DNA of 64,000 nucleotides from Trueperaceae bacterium. Its GTDB lineage: Bacteria > Deinococcota > Deinococci > Deinococcales > Trueperaceae. Both the position numbers and the translations under genes were made by a program. Each line of letters opens with the position of its first letter. Position 1 is the stretch's first letter. The notes beneath the pieces are model-generated. The model did not search any database and was not told the DNA's origin. It worked only from the letters and a program-made list of their open reading frames with translations. The DNA lies in the NCBI GenBank assembly GCA_965214405.1, contig OZ243956.1, positions 640,001 through 704,000 on the forward strand, in the 5' to 3' direction. Below, piece after piece: positions 61,823 through 64,000 of the stretch.

Positions 61823-63928
61823 TCAGCTATAGAACCCGCTCTCGAGCTTTTCCTTAAGAATGTCGGCAGGTTTGAAGCGTGCGCCGTGGGTGTGCTCGAG
61901 TTCTGAAAGCGTCCCTACCACCTCCCCCAACCCGCGCGCGTTCATGTACCAAAAGGGGCCACCCAAAAACGGCGGGAAGCCGAGACCAAACACCGCCCCC
62001 ACATCACCGTCGGTGGGTGAGGCGATAACGCCCTCCTCTAAACAGCGCGCCGCCTCGTTCATCATCATGAAAGCCAGGCGGTCCTGGATGAGCTTGGGAG
62101 GAAGCGTTTTGCGCAACGGACCGCCGAAGAAAGCGTAAATGTCGGTGTTCACCTCTTTATCTTCGGATTTGCCGCCTTCGTACTTGTAGAAACCCTTTTT
62201 GTTCTTGCGTCCCTTGTAGCCCGCCTCGACAACTTCTTTTCCGGCTCGGCTTGGTTGAACGCCCCGGGTCTCAAAAAAGTCACGCATCACCTCGGTGATT
62301 TTGGCTCCCACGTTGATGCCGACCTCGTCCAAAAGCGTTAAAGGCCCCACGGGAAAGCCGAACGCCCGCATCGCCCGGTCAATCTGCGCGATGTCCCCGC
62401 CCTCTTCCAACAGCCCCAGCGCCTCGTTCATATAGGCCGCCAAGATGCGCGTGGTGTAGAAACCGGGCGCGTCGTTCACAACGATAACCGTCTTGCCCTG
62501 TTTAAGACCCACCGCAAAGGCGGTTCCCAGCACCCAGTCGGGCGTGCGGTCAGTCTTGACAATTTCCAAGAGAGGAATCTTCTGCGCGGGCGAGAAATAA
62601 TGCATCCCCACCACCCGCTCCGGGTGCGCCGCCTCCGCCGCAATCTGCCCCACGGGAATCGACGAGGTGTTGGTGGCGAAGATGAAGTTGTCATTCACCG
62701 CCTCGAGTTCCCCCAACACGCTGCGTTTGAGATCTAAGTCCTCGAGCACCGCCTCAATCACCACCTCAGCCTCACCAAAGGGCGTGTAGTCCTCCACAGG
62801 CATCACCCGCTCCGCCGTTTGGTCGCGCTCAAAGGTTGACATGCCTTTGCCGACGCGCTTGCTAAGGCCCTCCCACACCTTTTTCTTGCCCGCAGCGGCG
62901 AGTGCCAAATCGCGGTCTTTGAGGAGCACGTCGTAACCGCCTGCGGCGCTGATTTGCGCGATACCCGCGCCCATGAGCCCTGCGCCCAGCACGCCAACCG
63001 TTTCAACCTCGCGCGCCTCCGTTTTGTAGGGGTTCTTCTCCGCGGCATTTTTGGCGAAGAAGAGGTGGATGAGGGCTTTCGACTGAGGCGTAAAAAGAAG
63101 CTCGCTGAAACCTCGGCGCTCGGCCTCGAGCCCCGACTCAAACCCCCGCTCCTGCCCTATCCGCACGCAGTCGATGATTTTTAGGGGCGCGGGGTAGTGG
63201 CCTCCGGTGCGCTCCTGCACGCTTTTCTCGGCTTGTTGATAGACGACGCGGCTTAAGGGGGTGCGTTCTAACAACCTGTCTCGCCACGAGAGCGCGTCGC
63301 GTCCGGTCTCGAGGTCTCCCTTGGCAAGTTCGCGCGCCGCCTGCTTAGCCGCTTCTAAAAGACCTTGCGGGTGAATGGTCGCGTCTACTAAACCCATCTT
63401 CCGCGCGGGCTTGGGGTAAACACTCTTCCCGGTCAACATGATGTCCAGCGCCTTTTGCACCCCCACCAGACGCGTCAGGCGCTGCGTGCCGCCCAGACCC
63501 GGCAGGAGGCCCAGATTCACCTCGGGTAAGGAGAGCTTGGTTTTGGGATGCGTGCTCACCAAACGGTAGGAGCAGGCCATCGCCAGCTCGAGCCCGCCCC
63601 CCGCCGCCGCGCCGTGAACCGCCGCGACGACGGGTTTACGCAAACCTTCCAGACGGTTAAAGAGCGCGTGCCCCTCACGGATGACCGCCCCGGCCTCGGC
63701 AGGGGTGGCGAAGTCCTTGAACGCTTCGATGTCCGCGCCGACGATGAACGAATCTTTCTTACGGGACACGAGTACGGCGGCCTCTATATCGGAATCGTTC
63801 TCGAGCGTGTCCAGCAACCTCGAAAAATCATCCAGCATCCCCGTCGTGAGCTTGTTGACCCGCTCGCCCGGCGTGTCGAGCCAGATGACGGCAATGTTCC
63901 CGTCGCGCTCGAGTTCCACCCCGCTCAC
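61823..63928 (-). CDS. Fatty-acid oxidation complex alpha subunit (enoyl-CoA hydratase / 3-hydroxyacyl-CoA dehydrogenase, FadJ-like)
   Basis: GGGLELA, LPEVNLGLLPG, GAGLMG, TNTSS, GMHYFSP. Confidence 0.95.
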   Translation of the reverse strand: MSGVELERDGNIAVIWLDTPGERVNKLTTGMLDDFSRLLDTLENDSDIEAAVLVSRKKDSFIVGADIEAFKDFATPAEAGAVIREGHALFNRLEGLRKPVVAAVHGAAAGGGLELAMACSYRLVSTHPKTKLSLPEVNLGLLPGLGGTQRLTRLVGVQKALDIMLTGKSVYPKPARKMGLVDATIHPQGLLEAAKQAARELAKGDLETGRDALSWRDRLLERTPLSRVVYQQAEKSVQERTGGHYPAPLKIIDCVRIGQERGFESGLEAERRGFSELLFTPQSKALIHLFFAKNAAEKNPYKTEAREVETVGVLGAGLMGAGIAQISAAGGYDVLLKDRDLALAAAGKKKVWEGLSKRVGKGMSTFERDQTAERVMPVEDYTPFGEAEVVIEAVLEDLDLKRSVLGELEAVNDNFIFATNTSSIPVGQIAAEAAHPERVVGMHYFSPAQKIPLLEIVKTDRTPDWVLGTAFAVGLKQGKTVIVVNDAPGFYTTRILAAYMNEALGLLEEGGDIAQIDRAMRAFGFPVGPLTLLDEVGINVGAKITEVMRDFFETRGVQPSRAGKEVVEAGYKGRKNKKGFYKYEGGKSEDKEVNTDIYAFFGGPLRKTLPPKLIQDRLAFMMMNEAARCLEEGVIASPTDGDVGAVFGLGFPPFLGGPFWYMNARGLGEVVGTLSELEHTHGARFKPADILKEKLESGFYS

Positions 63929-64000
63929 GCCGCCACCCCGTAACGCTCCAACAGCATCGCGTGACCCAGCCCCCCCGCCGCGCAGGCGGTGACGAGGGCG
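63925..64000 (-). CDS. Acetyl-CoA acyltransferase (thiolase) C-terminus, truncated by window edge
   Basis: ALVTACAAGGLGHAMLLER..*, stop overlaps start of the alpha subunit. Confidence 0.8.
   Translation of the reverse strand, partial: ALVTACAAGGLGHAMLLERYGVAA

Overview
GC-rich bacterial chromosomal window, most likely Deinococcota (Truepera/Meiothermus-like). This is inferred from the LysW/LysX/LysY aminoadipate lysine pathway, a Thermus-type dcw cluster, an ATA-started infC and many apparently leaderless genes. Core content: fatty-acid beta-oxidation genes at both ends, rnpB, the mraZ-to-ftsZ dcw cluster, ribF, hisD, infC-rpmI-rplT, lysW-lysX/lysY, mutY, rbfA, guaB, proB and ftsK. Accessory content sits in three toxin-antitoxin (TA) patches. 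The most striking unexplained signals are these. (1) At 4.9-8.1 kb, same-strand TA units are separated by three copies of a ~100-115 bp structured repeat bounded by CTCGAG. (2) At 46.5-49.6 kb, TA units are separated by three copies of a ~36 bp CTCGAG-containing piece of a DUF433 gene. (3) The palindrome CTCGAG is strongly over-represented (hand count 30 in the first 10 kb vs ~3 expected), resembling cyanobacterial HIP1, while GATC is avoided. Together these suggest, as inference only, a CTCGAG-anchored cassette acquisition system; no integrase is visible in the window. Also found: an IS5-family element splitting a vapB antitoxin, a candidate leader-peptide attenuator before lysW, and two inverted MITE-like elements flanking a SulP gene. 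Protein calls come from motif recognition by eye; no database searches were run.
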